Source: Magallana gigas
Taxonomy: Eukaryota
DNA: 64,000 bases
Direction: 5' to 3'
Assembly: GCF_963853765.1 (NCBI RefSeq)
Contig: NC_088859.1
Coordinates: 12,896,001-12,960,000 of the forward strand
The translations under genes and the position numbers were made by a program. Positions 1 to 13,838 of this stretch are shown piece after piece; positions within the stretch are counted from its first letter, which is position 1, and every line of letters begins with the position of its first letter. The notes beneath the pieces were generated by a model that worked only from the letters and a program-made list of their open reading frames with translations, did not search any database and was not told where the DNA came from.

Positions 1-1352
1 CATACAGCTTACTGTGTGGCCACCGTATTAACCCCTGCCCTGGTGTAAATAAATTACCGGTATTGTGCAATTAGGTCACTATTTGATCTTTAATATACAC
101 CCATCATCTCAAAAGTAGAACACATATTTCTTTCTTCAGACTCATGTAACCAAATACTATATACGTGTATGTCCCTTTTCACAATTTTTGTCGTTAATGT
201 TTTGTGCTAAATGAACCCAATTTGACCGCTTTTAGTGTATGAACATTTTTTGCTAAGTGTGTGGCTATGTAAATCATCAAGATGATTTTTTTTATGTCAT
301 AAGAGGAGACATTTGGTACGAGATAAAATTCTTGACTTTTCTGATTTATTATTTACCTCCATTCTGCTGTCTATTTGTCGTTAACAAAGCATTGCTATCA
401 CTCGGGGTCTGTAAAAAAAGAAAACACCCAAAAAGTTAAGGCATAATGAAAAAAAATTATATTTAAGAAGTATGATGGTAACATAAAATACGGGGAGGGG
501 AGTGTTACACATGCTGCGCAAAAAATTAAATCTAATATCATAGTTGTTAGATTTTATGTTACATCAAAATTTTAAAATCACTAGTCTACTTATTCTCTGA
601 TTTTTAACATTGATACACCATTGTTTCATTGTTATTAGTTTTTATTTCAAAAGGGAATTAAAAAAAAATCAAATTACATTTAGAGGTAATTTCAGTTTTG
701 GCATATATGAGGATGGATCGGAGGGGGGTGGAATGGGGAATTTCAATAGACATCTATAGCTAGATCACATTGTGCAGTTTCATAAGGGCAACTGATAAAC
801 ATTAAATCAACTGTAAGGACTAATCTCTGATACTGGATAAAGAGGCAGACAGATATGGTAGTACATATAAACTACTGTCAAGTGTCAGATTCATTTCGTA
901 TCGTGATAATATAAGCGCGACTCGAGATTTTATATTTGTAACATTTAAGTACGCGAAATGTAGTACATGTACATACAATTAATTATTATACATGTTCAAT
1001 TCGAGCTAAGACTAGCAATCTGGTGCATATTTCACTTGAAACCAGCGTCATTTTCAACTTGTTTTGAGCAAGAAATAGAAAGGTAAAACCTATAACGAAA
1101 GTCCAAGGTCTTGTTAAAATGGTTCTAATACATGTTCTAGTATAAACTTCCTAATGGCGACTGTGAAAACAATAGATGAGTTACTTTATAGTAACCGTGC
1201 AAATCTGGAGTACTTTCTCCCTAGACCATATATATCTTCCCAAAACCATTTAAAACAAATTATGTAGTTAATCAAAATATCATAGTAATGAAACACAGTT
1301 ATTGATTTAAGAAATAAAGAGAGTTAGAAAAACAATACAATAACAACCTCAC

Positions 1353-1448
1353 CGAGTTCTCGTGCACCAGTGTACAGGATTGCACACGCCGAACATTCCA
1401 ACAAAAAACTAAAAATAAGAGGCTGGTAGAAGTTGCAGACGACAACAT
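1353..1448 (-). CDS. Possible first coding exon (signal peptide) of a secreted or membrane protein gene running off the left edge
   Basis: ATG at 1448 gives MLSSATSTSLLFLVFCWNVRRVQS-CTLVHENS (32 codons), ending at a phase-0 GTGAG donor at 1352. It has a hydrophobic core and a plausible cleavage site after VQS. A possible 22-nt next exon lies at 13-34. No domain is recognisable. Confidence 0.4.
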
Positions 1449-3163
1449 AGGGTCTTGCTTCTACTCTCTCACTCTCTCTCGAAAAAAAAAACCAAACCCG
1501 AAGTAATGTTCAGTATACAAACGAGCAAGCCATTTAGGTCGCCCAGGGATCATTAATTTCTCGAAACAGCCATATGTCAGCAGCTGGACGCTCTCTGTCA
1601 AAACAATCGTGTTAAAATGGCTGACTGACTGTCATCGTCCCACGAGGCTGTTCATCATAATGCTTTATAATTAGTCATCAAATAAAATGTCGGAATTACA
1701 AAGGGCAGGAAGCTTATCGTATTGTTAGAATGCTGTAAAAACCAAAAATCATTGTTTAAATTCTATCGATACTGTTGGATACTTTATGTATTTGGAATAG
1801 CATTATATGACTACCTTACTTTAATTACTTTATTTGCTGCAATCCAGAAAAAAATAATTTCACAGTTTTGTGTAGTTTTAGACATTTTTGCGGTTTTCCC
1901 GATATATTTCAAAATCTCTAAAGTTTGACTAGCAAGGTAAAGGTCAAGATATGGGCCCACTTTATTTGTGTCGTGGTAAACTGACAGGCCCTACCTAAAT
2001 CTCATTACAATCACAATTACAATCACAATTCATATAACTAAATGGTCTTTTGTGAGTATGCTATGAAAACTAAATTTGAATATGACATACATTTCACATG
2101 TATACACAGCTGAATTGCTTATTTCTGCAAAGCGTTAAAACGTTCATCCATAACAAAAGTACTACCAGTGTACTAGTACCGGTATTACTTGTCAATGAGA
2201 AATATTGAATGTATGTCAACAAGCCGGAGAAAGAAAAACATTCATGGCAATGGTATATTAAGGTTGTTTTTTAGTTGTTGATATATATTTGACGAAACAT
2301 TTTTTCCAGTAACAATAATTCCGATTACGCGAAAAGACATGTAGAAACATTTAAAAAGCAATATTTTTCAACAATTTCTAATTGTCTCATTTATAAATAA
2401 ATTTTATTATTCTTAAATTCTGTGAACTTTTCGTCATACATGTATTTGAGTGAAATATTTTATTTAATTAAGTGACCTTTAATTCGTTAATCATAATTTC
2501 TAACATGGACTAAAATGCGGTCATGTTTTATTTAAAAGTACTTACAACTAGACTTTCGTATAGTGATAAGTTAATAGTAACAAAACTGTTCATAGGGCAA
2601 AGAATAAATTAACACATTTTTGAAATACTGATTATACCAGGAACGTTAAGTATGTCTCTGACAATACCAAAATTGTTGAAAAACAGTTTTCATTCCTATA
2701 TTATAAGCAATATTGTCTAGAAAAATTTGCAAAACTTGATCACTTCTGTCCATATAATATTGTGCAAGAATGGTGGCAGTTGCGTGCCGCGCTAAAATTA
2801 TGTACGACCAGGGACCATTGACACTGTACTAGAATATATACTTCCTTCCGATGACTATTAAATAATGGAACAGTCAGTTAATGAAAAACAGTAATTGTCA
2901 GTTTGATTGAAGACGATATACCGATATTTTTTTCTCCGTAAATGAATAAAAAGCCCCAATGCTTTGATAGTACTAGTTTTTGGTTTCTTTTACTGGCGAA
3001 TAGGAATTCAATGCTAAAGAGATTCAAACGTCAGATGTCTGTGGTTTTAATAACGACTACAGACTAAATAATTTGTATGAAGTTATATCTTTTCCATCTT
3101 TCAAAGTTACAAAACGATATATATGTAAGGGCGAATCATTTTTTTAATGTTTTTTTTTTTAAT

Positions 3164-6100
3164 TTAGTACCTAAACACCATGGTATTAATGAAAAAGTTA
3201 AGTGATGATAAAATGATTATCAAAAGAAATAAAATATCAGTCTCTAATTTTTTGGCGCCACTCGTATCCGAATCGGAAATGAGGTTTGGAATAGTCTGCA
3301 GCCAAAACTTCATTTCGTCCCTGCGGTAGTCAGTCCCCACACCCATTTCATGCTTGCTCAACTTCATGTAGTTTTTAGAGGCATGGGTGAATACTGACCA
3401 CACCGGAAGTCCAGCCGAGTTCGGATTCCTAATAAGGAAAAAGTAGACAGAAATCATAAATAATACATGGATATTCAAATCTCAATACATTTATTCAAGA
3501 ATTATGTAGCTTCTGTACGATTTAACTGTTAAACTAGATTTTCGTTGCAAACACGTTTACACCCCCACCTTCCCCGACATCAATAATGGTTTTCTTCCCC
3601 CCCCCCCCCCCCCCCCAAAAAAAAACAACAAACCCATCGGCTGGTAAGATGACTGTTTTTCCTTATAATAATAAACTTAAGTTCGCTACGTAGAGACCTT
3701 AATCTAGGTGGCATTATTTACCAAGACGCGTAAAGTGCCGAATCCTCCATTAAAATCAAAATAAAAATGATCTGGTTTTTAAAATTACATGTAATTGCAT
3801 TCGCAGAGATAATAATAAAACCCTTTTCATCAACTTAAAAATTTAACCTTACCCAGATTTTGCAAAATTTGTCCAATATTTTCGCATTTGATGAGCCAGT
3901 AAACGATCAGAGTCGGATATCGTGACATTTGGAAGAATTCTATCGAAGTACTCCATAGTAAACAGATAGTACAATTCTTCCGCGTGACTGGGTCCTTCGT
4001 ACCAAGTCGGTTCTGGTACGAGCTTGAAAGGAAGAACTTGGTTGTACATGAATTGGTAGGTTGATGATTCAGAATTGACATGCGCATTCAAGGTATACGT
4101 GGCGTCCGATATAAAGAACAGATCACTATATACGTCCAGTACTGCCCGACTCTGTAAAGTGGCGTTGTCTGCAACGTAGTATTCTTGGCATATTGCCTGG
4201 GACACTTTTCTATTGTTTTTAAAGTAGAAGTTAGCTATGTTTGGACTCATTACGTCGCAAAGATACTGATGCGAAAGCCCAATGGACACGTTGATGTTCT
4301 TGTCCTTTTGATATTGCACGTTGTTTCCAAGCATGGAGAGATAAAGAGATCCTTCCATACGACAGTTTCCTACCATTAAATCTAAAGATTGAAAGAACTT
4401 ATAAGCTTCGGTTGTCTTATTGGACATGAGCTCTACGGGTGTTCGGACGAGCAGGTCACCGTCAATAACAGGACCGAAGTACAGACAGTTCATTCTGTCT
4501 AAATTGCACAGTCGTTCACTGACCATTGTGCTCTGTGTAAGTATTGCATCGGCAGGTTTTTCGAGGAGACAGTTCATCAAAATAGTTGAATTAGTTGTTT
4601 GACATCCTAGAGCTTTTGCCGTTTCAATTGTTGCTTCCACAGGACTTCCAAGAGTAAGTAAGGAATTGGCAGTTCCACTCTCGTGAATCGCACGACGAAA
4701 CAGACCTTTGTTTTGAGGGATAAGCGATAACAGACCTACACTGAAGCCCCCTGCAGATTCTCCAAAAATTGTTATATTATTTGGGTTCCCGCCATAGTCG
4801 GCAATGTTCTCTTTGACCCATTTTAAAGCTTGAATTTGATCGAGAAGTCCATAATTTCCTTTGGTAGTCTCATCTCCAAGTGACAAAAATCCAAAAAACC
4901 CGAGCCGGTAATTGACAGTAACGACGATAACGCCCCCCTCTACCGCTATCATACTGCCATCGTAGAAGGAAGCGGTACCAAAAAAGTAGCCACCGCCGTG
5001 GATCCACACCATGACTGATTTCTTGATCGACGGAGAGGTGGCGAAGGGTACGTAAATATTTAACTGCAAACAGTCCTCCGACGTTCCGTACCAAATCGTG
5101 AAGGACGAGTTCACATCCTGAAAACACGATGGGCCGTACTTTGTAGCGTCAAGTGTTCCGTTCCATTGTCCGTACTCAACCGGTTGCCTGAATCGCAAGT
5201 CCCCGACTGGAGGTTTGGCAAAAGGAATATTTAGAAACTGGTAAACTGTGTCATTGTTTTGTCCTGCGGTTGTTTTACGTCCGGTTACTCTACCTAATTT
5301 TGTTTGAATTGTTTCTGATTGGAAGGCTTCTAAGGTCCATGTTGAAACCAGTAGCAAAGAAATCACAAGTAGCTGTAATCCAGATACAAACCCGACGCCC
5401 ATCTTAAAGAAAAGTAATATTGTATAATTAAAGTGGAAATGCAGTATATATCATATTATCAACGGTGACATCAGAATGCAATAAGATCCGGGTAATCCTA
5501 CAATAATATTTGTTTATTTTTAGATAAAAAGTCGTTTGCCCACAAAAAGCATTTAAAAAGATAGAATGACAAAATACTACGCAGCGGAAATGAGCTTGGG
5601 TATTGCATCGTGTATTTTTTAAAAAGCAATTTCAAAAAGTAACATTCCATAAAGTTAATGGGTAATGAATGCTAAACATAGGCGTCGGAACGGGGGGGGG
5701 GGACTTAGCCCCCCCCCCCCCCCACTTTTTTTTGCAAAGTTAGACTTAACCATTAGGTACATAGCATCATAGGGGGTTTAGCCCCCCCCCCCCCCCCCCC
5801 ACACACACACTTTTTCTCGCCGGTAATGTAATTGTTACTAAATTTACCTTGAAAGATTGAGAAGTTGGAGAAATAGGCATACTAGAGAAGTTGGCGAAAT
5901 AGGCATACTAGTTAGATTGAGAAGTTGGAGAAATAGCTAGGCATACTAGCCCCCCCCCCCCCCCCCCCCAGGAATTTCATGATTTGGGAAAAAAAAAATT
6001 GGGTAGGGAAATTTATTTTCGGAAGTATAGGTTTACTCCCCCCCCTCCTCCCCCCACCCCCCCCCCCCCCCCCCTACGGATTAGGATTTTCATGATTTTG

Positions 6101-7009
6101 GGAAATAGGTTTTTTCCTCAATATTTCTGAGGATTAGTTTAGGCCCCCCCCCCCCATTTTCAATTTGCTTCCGACGCCAGTGCTAACAATGCGACCCTTT
6201 CGAAGCGGAAGGCATTTATCTCTATGTTACCGTTTTATTTTTGCTAAAAAAGTATTCACACAGAATACACATAAAATCTCTGCGGAGCTATAACCCCACA
6301 ATCAAATGTATTCGTTTCTGAATATAATTATGAAAAAAAGATTAAACACATGTATTATACAGAGTAAAACTCAGATATATTTTGTAAAGTTATGTTTGCT
6401 ATGTACCCGAATTTTTTAATGAAAAAACCTAAATTAAACATTTCTCTGTTCAGCTCAATGATGTTAATAGATAACCACTGATAGTCAGACGTATTATCAC
6501 AAAATCATATCGTAAATGTTGCAATCTATATCTAATATATCGAAATGCTCTAGTTAATACGATGATGTCAGGTAAATAAACATGTGTGATTGTCTTGATA
6601 TATCGCCCTACGTTACAAATGAACACCTGATTTTATAACATCGCTATATATAGAATATGCACTCCAACTTTTTTTTGCCAAGGATTAATCCGAGCTTAGG
6701 TTTCTTTTATTAACAATAACAATCCCCACCTCTCAAAAAAAAAAAAAAAATAAAATTAAATAAAGATCCAAGAAACCCACCACCCCGACCCAAATGCAAG
6801 TTCAAATCCAGAACGTCTTATACTTTGTGCTTATAGGTACATGTATGTAGGTCATGGAAAAGTTTTGATAGCTGTCGGTTTTGCATCTTGTTATGTTCGA
6901 TAAGATTAAAGCAAACTATGTTCAATGATGAAATAAATATTCTATCAAAAGTCAAACACTATTCGTCCTTCATAAGCATAATGACAGAGAAAAAATTATA
7001 GCTTACCAT
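3164..7009 (-). CDS. Type-B carboxylesterase 1 (cholinesterase/lipase fold) with a hydrophobic, GPI-signal-like C-terminus, about 604 aa
   Basis: Main exon 3853-5402 (GG|GTAAG donor) and terminal exon 3164-3428 (AG acceptor, in frame). Probable ATG-only first exon at 7007-7009 (ATG|GTAAG); an AG acceptor directly precedes the ATG at 5402. Motifs: SEDCLQLNIY, WIHGGGY, GESAG (Ser), NCRMEG (Glu), SHAEEL (His). Ends ...DSDTSGAKKLETDILFLLIIILSSLNFFINTMVFRY. Confidence 0.92.
5677..6182. mobile_element. MITE-like non-autonomous element with poly-C/G tracts, in the carboxylesterase 1 intron
   Basis: Inverted termini GGCGTCGGAA (5681-5690) and TTCCGACGCC (6169-6178). Internal C/G homopolymers and short duplicated GAGAAGTTGG units. 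No TSD found. Confidence 0.6.
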
Positions 7010-8202
7010 CTATTTAGTTGTGTTCAAGACGGCGCCTCAGTATTGAGAGTTTTTACCTGGGCCTTTACCTTACCTCGGCGTAGTTTATTTAAGGTTGTTT
7101 ACAGATTTCTTCTTTACGACTCAAATGGTATAAATTTTAGTAAAAGTGGCTGTTTCTTGATATTTTTTAAACCGATTATTTTTTTTTTAGGTCAATGGGC
7201 AAAATTGAATTGAAAGTAGATCTCTAACATGACACCCCGATGTACCTAGTTACAGCGGATTCTATTTGTGTGATAACACAAAATTATACTTGAAGTTGGC
7301 CATGTATCTGATAATCGTAGTTCTAAACTCCGAGTTTTAAGGGGGTGTCACGGTTTTGGTCAAATTTTATTTTCATATTTTTATTATTTACAATGATTTA
7401 GAAATACATTTCTAATGATCAAATAAATTTGAGAGTCATTTGTAGAGTTATAAGCAAGATACATGTACAGGGCTCACAATTCTTTGTCATGTAAACAAGG
7501 CTCGTGCCCTGTTTTTGTTTACATAGGTTCAATATACCAGTAAAAAATCTTTTTTCAGCGTATTTTTCCATCTTTTTATTTACTAGTATTTTAAGCATAG
7601 ATAAAAAGTTCCTAACATTCGTTTTAGGTTAAAAACTGAATTTTTTACGTTCAAAAATTAAACAAACACCTTGTTTATAAAGCGAAGAATTTCAAGCTCT
7701 GTAACTCGCTCATAACTCAACAAATGACAATCAAATTTCGGTTGCCTATTAAAAATGCCTTTTTGATGCATTGTAAATATTAAAATTGGAAAAATAATTT
7801 TTTCTAATCTATAGACTTCAGCAAAAATACAAGAAGGATTTTAAAACTTTCTTGATCTTGAAGGTCATTTTAAAAGTAAGTTTTAGATAAAGGTACTTGT
7901 ATATTCTGCTGTAGTACTAAATGTTTAATCTATTGAATCAACTTGATCAACCAGGTTACACTTATAACCAATTTAATAAATTATCCGCAATTCACCAGGG
8001 ACGTTTTATTTTTGACGTAATATGATCCATTGTTTTTTCTTTCAAAGATAAAAAATAAAACCAAAGAAATTAGAATAGGATCTTCAACTCGAATCACAAT
8101 ATATAAAGATCTATAGATAAGTTCCGTTGTTCTATGATAGAACCATCAGCAATTGTACAAAGGAAAGTAAAATGAGAACAATTAGCCCAAATTCAAATTC
8201 CG

Positions 8203-8294
8203 TCATCCTCACAATGTCAGGGGTCCTGAGTCCACTTGTGTCTTTGGTCCCACGGCCACAAGTGGACTCAGGACCCCTGGCATTGTGAGGATGA
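8203..8294. repeat. Near-perfect GC-rich hairpin (38-bp arms, 16-nt loop)
   Basis: Arms 8203-8240 and 8257-8294 are reverse complements with one mismatch. Confidence 0.9.
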
Positions 8295-8746
8295 AATGTC
8301 GTATGCATACCATCAAAGGGCTGTCGTATTTATAGCAGTTTAGCTTATTGCGTTTCAGTATTTTTAGTACAACGGTCACAATTTCTACTATGAATAATCA
8401 CTGATAAAAGTTAGATACTTGAAATAATACAAAAAGTTGATGAAAAAATTTGTTTGTAAAGAAAGTAATGTGAGAGTTTTGAAGTTACTTAAAACCCAAC
8501 AACCATTTTAAAAAGGGAAAATGAGTTAGCTTAATTTTATTTCAAGAAAGTAGAAAATAAAAGAACATGCTAATTTATTATATATCTAAGTTATGAATAA
8601 AACCATAGTACAAATTCAGTTAATTCAGTGCAATACATTTAAAGTCACCAAAAACCATGTGTATGCCTTCCAAACAATATTTTGACTTATAAAGGTCTTC
8701 CGCTTTAGCATATTTTACACTTAATGAGCTACGCTCTTTCTTGCAA

Positions 8747-10713
8747 TTAAATATTATTATTAATAATATTGGGTATCGTATTTAACCAGAATTTCATTCT
8801 TCTGGTTTCGTAACTTTTAGATGCAGTGAGGTTATTGGAGTTCAGCTGAAGATAGAACTGGTTGTTAGGGTCAAACTGAGGCCACTCAGGGAGTCCAGGT
8901 TGGCTTGGTTTTCTAAAAAAAAAAGTTGGATTTATGACGGTTATTGCATGGTATGGAATTTACATCCGATCTGGAGATAGCTATACAAACAACACGTTCA
9001 CAGTCTCCATCTATTTAAAATACTAGTCTACATGATTTATTGATAAACATTTACCCTGTTTTGGCAAAATTGACCCATAGATCCTTCATTACGTAGGACA
9101 GCTGAAATTCCTCTGGTGTTACCGGTATGTTCCGATAATGAAGGTCTTCTATACCGAAGAGAAATACAAGTTCGGAGGCATGACCAGCCCCTCTGTACCA
9201 TGGGGGTCGAGGGGCACCATAAGGCAACGGTGTCTTATTTGTAAACACGTATTGGTACGTACTTTGATACGCTTTGCCACCAGAGTGAGCGAAGAGAGAC
9301 GTAAATGTCGGAGAAATGAAGAACATATCTGTGTACATTTGAAGTACCTGACGACTTTGTTCATCCGGGTCATTGTCTACTTTGTACTCCTTGCAAATAG
9401 CTTCAGAGACCTTTGAGTTATGGTCAAAGTAGGTTCCAACAAGTGCAGGAATGAACTTCTCGCAGAAAAAATCCTGGGGTATTCCAGCAGTGATATTTAT
9501 GTGATACTTCTCTTGTTCCTGTGGCGTCATCCCTAAATATAAAGAACCCTCCATGTTGCAATTGCCAATTATCATATCCAGAGATTTGAAAAATGCTAGC
9601 TCATCTGATAAATCATTGGCTAACACCTTGGATGGAAAATCGTTGAACAATTCTCCGTCGATTACTGGAGCAAACGGTATTTCAGTCGTCAATGATGACA
9701 GAAAATAAATACCGACTTTATCTAAAACGTTTAGAATTTCCTCAGCAGATTTTGATCTGATACAAAAGAGGACAGCTTTAAAATTTCTTGTAAGTGGGTC
9801 ATACACACAACCAAGAGCATCACCCAGTGTAATGGATGTGATTTTAGCATGCACAGACAGGGAAAAGAAGGAGTCTGACACCCCGCTTTCTGCAATAACG
9901 CGATGAAATAATCTCTTATTGCTAGGAATCAACGAAAGAAGGGAAACACTAAAGCCTCCAGCCGATTCACCAAATATTGTCACTGATGAAGGATCGCCCG
10001 AATAGTCTTCAATGTTTTCTTGCACCCATTTGAGAGCCAATATTTGGTCCCAGAGACCATAGTTACCCCTAGCAATGGTTTCATTGTAAGATAGAAAACC
10101 AAATACTCCAAGACGGTAGTTAATGGTGACAACCACTACGTCACCCCGGGCCGCTAGCATGGTCCCATTATACAAAGTTCCCGATCCATAGATGTACGCA
10201 CCACCATGGATCCATACCATCACACTCCTTTTGACACCAGAAGAGACGTTATTTGGAACATAAATATTCAACTGTAAGCAGTCTTCTGATAATTCGTGTA
10301 AGATTGATTGATTAAACGGATCTGGAGGTTGAATGCAAGCCTTTCCCAATTTTGTTGCATTTAGAGTTCCGTTCCATTTTCCAAATGGTTCCGGTTTTGC
10401 AAACCGAAGGTCACCAATAGGGGGTTTGGCGTAAGGTATGTTAAGGAAGCTGAACACATTGGTTGATCCGTTGTTGACCGTTTTACGAATACCCATTACA
10501 TCACCGAGTTTTGTTTTTAACGTGTACGGTTGTTCACTAGATACAGGTTCGCTGCACATCATAGAAATAACAACACACAACGTTATTTGAATTTCTCGCT
10601 GCAAAAAAGCGAAAAAAATATGGTGATTATGTTAAGAGTTATTCTGTCTTAAAAAAAATTAAAGTGGTCCTAGTTATTATAAATCTTGAAGTATATTCCA
10701 TACTCACATTCAT
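8747..10713 (-). CDS. Type-B carboxylesterase 2, secreted-type (no tail), about 571 aa
   Basis: Exons 10708-10713 (ATG AAT|GTGAGT), 9055-10598 and 8747-8912 splice in frame. Motifs WIHGGAY, GESAG, NCNMEG, GHASEL. The terminal exon GKPSQPGLPEWPQFD...RRMKFWLNTIPNIINNNI* is absent from the ORF track. Confidence 0.9.
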
Positions 10714-12068
10714 GGTTTCCACTTGATTACTAATTGTAACGTTACAAAACTGTCGACAGTGTTGTTAACATATTTCATGCGCACTGGACGTTTGCGGGTT
10801 CATATCAAAGTAAATACATTTATTGACACACATATGTTGGCTCTGAAGTCATAGTTATTGACCTAAATTTTGATTGATTGAAAAAGAAAAATAATTTCAT
10901 TTTGTAGAGAGCCAGCAAACAAGTTAGAAATTTAACCTTTATATTTTATTTTATAATAAATACGGTTATTGTTAAAATCATGGCTATGTTATGATTTTCG
11001 GATGCGGCTTTCGATTGGATTACACAATGACATAGCTCGAATAAACAACGTACAGTGTACGTAAATAGTCGTCGGATCTGATAGACTTGTGATTCGGTCA
11101 CTTGAATATCTAGGTGTTTCCGCTAGGTACATGTACTAGTGACACCACCGAAGTGGCATACTTATTCTAATATTCACGACGTAGCTTATTGTTTATCCGC
11201 CTAGAATCAACTCAATTTAATATACACATTTGATTATGCAATCATATCATGATAAATGGTATTTCCCCACAGAAACGCTGTTGTCTGTTGAAACGCATAT
11301 TCGTTTTTGTTGAAGAACACAACCTCATGATTCCTGTACGTAATGGAAAGAGATTTTAATTTTTAGATTTTTAGGGAAGATGAATAGTTGGGTACTTTTC
11401 TACACACATGGTACGACGAACACAGATAACCCTATCTTAAATGAAAATAACAGCAGATAAGATAACCCCATTTTGAAATCCCTAATACAAACCTAATATT
11501 CTATATCTCGACAAAACATATTTTAGTTAGACCAATTATTAATCAAACAAATAAGTTAACGCTAATAGATTATCGTAAAACGAAAATGTTAAAAGCAACA
11601 GAAAAATATGCATTCATTTAATGGCTTAAACAAGCTATGCAGAAGATGATCAATGCAAAAAATAACATACGTTAGAGACTTCTCTTCAAAGCTTGGTAAA
11701 AGTTCACACCTCTATGAACCTCAAAACAGCCAATATCAGTGTTTTAAAGACAATCTAGTGAAAATAATCTTTAATCAAAATATCACAAAATATGCAACCC
11801 TGCTGTCATCATTTTAAGTTTTAAAGAGAAACACGCTTAATGAAGCTGATGATATATTTCAATTAACATTTTAATGAAATACGAACAAATCAACACATAC
11901 AACTAGATCATTTTAAGCCATTTAATGTTTCAAATGAAACAATAGAATGTAATATACATAATTATATTGCATGATAAAACTGTTATTCATGACAATTCTG
12001 CTCTTTGGACATCGCCTTCAGACGTTGTTAGAACTTCATATTTGTCAAATTCAATCCGCTCCCAGAAT

Positions 12069-12419
12069 TTACATATATGCTAGTGATACAATAACGCTCA
12101 CAAGCATCGTCGCTAACGCAATGGATCGTGTGTCGGCTGCATTAGTTGTTGAGACTGGCTTTTGCGTCGTTCCAGGCCTTTGCGTTGTCTTAGACTGGGA
12201 CGTGACAACTCTGCTGCTTATTGGTTTCTTAGAATTTGATGTCACAATAGAATTGTCAGTTGTTATAGCAACGGTTGTCTGTGGTTTAACTGTGGGTCTG
12301 GAACCCCGCGATGTCTTCTGGGGAGTTGTCATACCGGTAGGCTTAGGGGGTGTACCCGCCGCTACCACAATTGTGGAACATAGGCAAGCGGCCAAAAACA
12401 ACTTGATAAATGCTGACAT
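12069..12419 (-). CDS. Small Thr/Ser/Pro/Lys-rich mucin-like protein with signal peptide and GPI-signal-like C-terminus, 116 aa
   Basis: Signal MSAFIKLFLAACLCSTIVVAA, low-complexity T/S/P/K core, then NAA and hydrophobic tail SIALATMLVSVIVSLAYM. AG acceptor at 12424-12425 just before the ATG and a GTAAG donor at 12656 suggest a spliced 5' UTR. Confidence 0.75.
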   Translation of the reverse strand: MSAFIKLFLAACLCSTIVVAAGTPPKPTGMTTPQKTSRGSRPTVKPQTTVAITTDNSIVTSNSKKPISSRVVTSQSKTTQRPGTTQKPVSTTNAADTRSIALATMLVSVIVSLAYM

Positions 12420-13838
12420 CTTCCTAGAATAACGGCATTAGAATAACTTTCATCAATTGCATGGTTCGTTTTTATTTTTTAAAGAATTATTTTCAACTTC
12501 TTTGATAATAGATATGAATCAGAATATTTATACATTTTACTTCAGTGTGATTTCTATAATATCGATATTAATTATTTTCGTATATTTTTTTTGTATTGTG
12601 ATGATAAATAATATTACAACAATGAATTATAAAAGTTTGGTTATTATGTATCTTACCTTGAAAAGAAGCTTACAACTGTACCGCCCCGAAAAGAAATAAT
12701 CTTGATACGCCTATTTCATTACAAGGTTTAAATTTGCTCATTACTTATCAGGTTATCTCGGATTTTTATCTTTATCGCGGAACACATCTATTTAACCACC
12801 GCGTTGCAATTTCACAATACTGTACCATATTTGATATAATATAAAATAATATTAATCAAGTAATATTCCTTTTATAAATGTAGATATATGTGTTATGTTA
12901 CTAGCATTCATAGCACTGACATTTGCAAATCGTTTACCATATATACATTCAATTCGTTTATATATAATTAATGAATTCGAATGGCTATATCATTGCTTTC
13001 CTCATACTTAATAATTTGGTTTTTATTTTGATATCGTACATTGTGTTTTCGAAAAAGATTACATTTTCAATCTTGCTAAGCATAAATTATGGTATACTAC
13101 TTTTATTCTTCATGTTTTATCTGTAAATCAAGACGAGGCTTTCTTTTCTTTTGAAATTAATAATTGAAATGAATAATATTATGATATCATGAAACGTACT
13201 TGCAAATTCCTTTATGGGTCGAAAATATTTACAGACACATATTGCTTTATTGAATAAATCATAGAAGAAAATTTCTATACAAAATAAATCAAAGTATTAT
13301 TTCTTAATAATTAAGTTAATGGAGTGAATGAATATATAATACAGAGAAGGATAGAAGGATACCTTATGGGTTAAACGCATGAATAAGTGAAGGATGTAGG
13401 TAGGGATGGAACGAAATTTTATTCCATATTTACTATAGCCATACTGAGTTTCCAACTCAAGATAATTTCTACAAACGTTAATTTACAGCATATACAAACA
13501 GCAATTCCATGAAGGCCAAGGAATATACAGTTAGATGGTAACACCGCAGAAATGTAGTTGTATGAACAAAGAATAATATTCATTTTCTCCATTTTACTTT
13601 GGTATATATGCAAGACAACATATTCTAGTTTGCATTCACTCTATGCATGAATTTTAATAAACATACGCGTTTATATCTAGATTTTTTATGGTATACAAAA
13701 AATAGCATAGCAGATAAACAAGAAGAGAGTATTTGTTTGATTTAATAGTTAACAGTCACAGAGCATAGAAGAAATTTATGATTCTGTATTTTTGCTTTCA
13801 AAGGGTGACAGAACGAAAAATAAGTCCTAATATTATTA

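Noticed and set aside
11971-12432. 153-aa plus-strand ORF
   Set aside because: Antisense to the mucin-like gene, which has the signal peptide, tail and splice signals.
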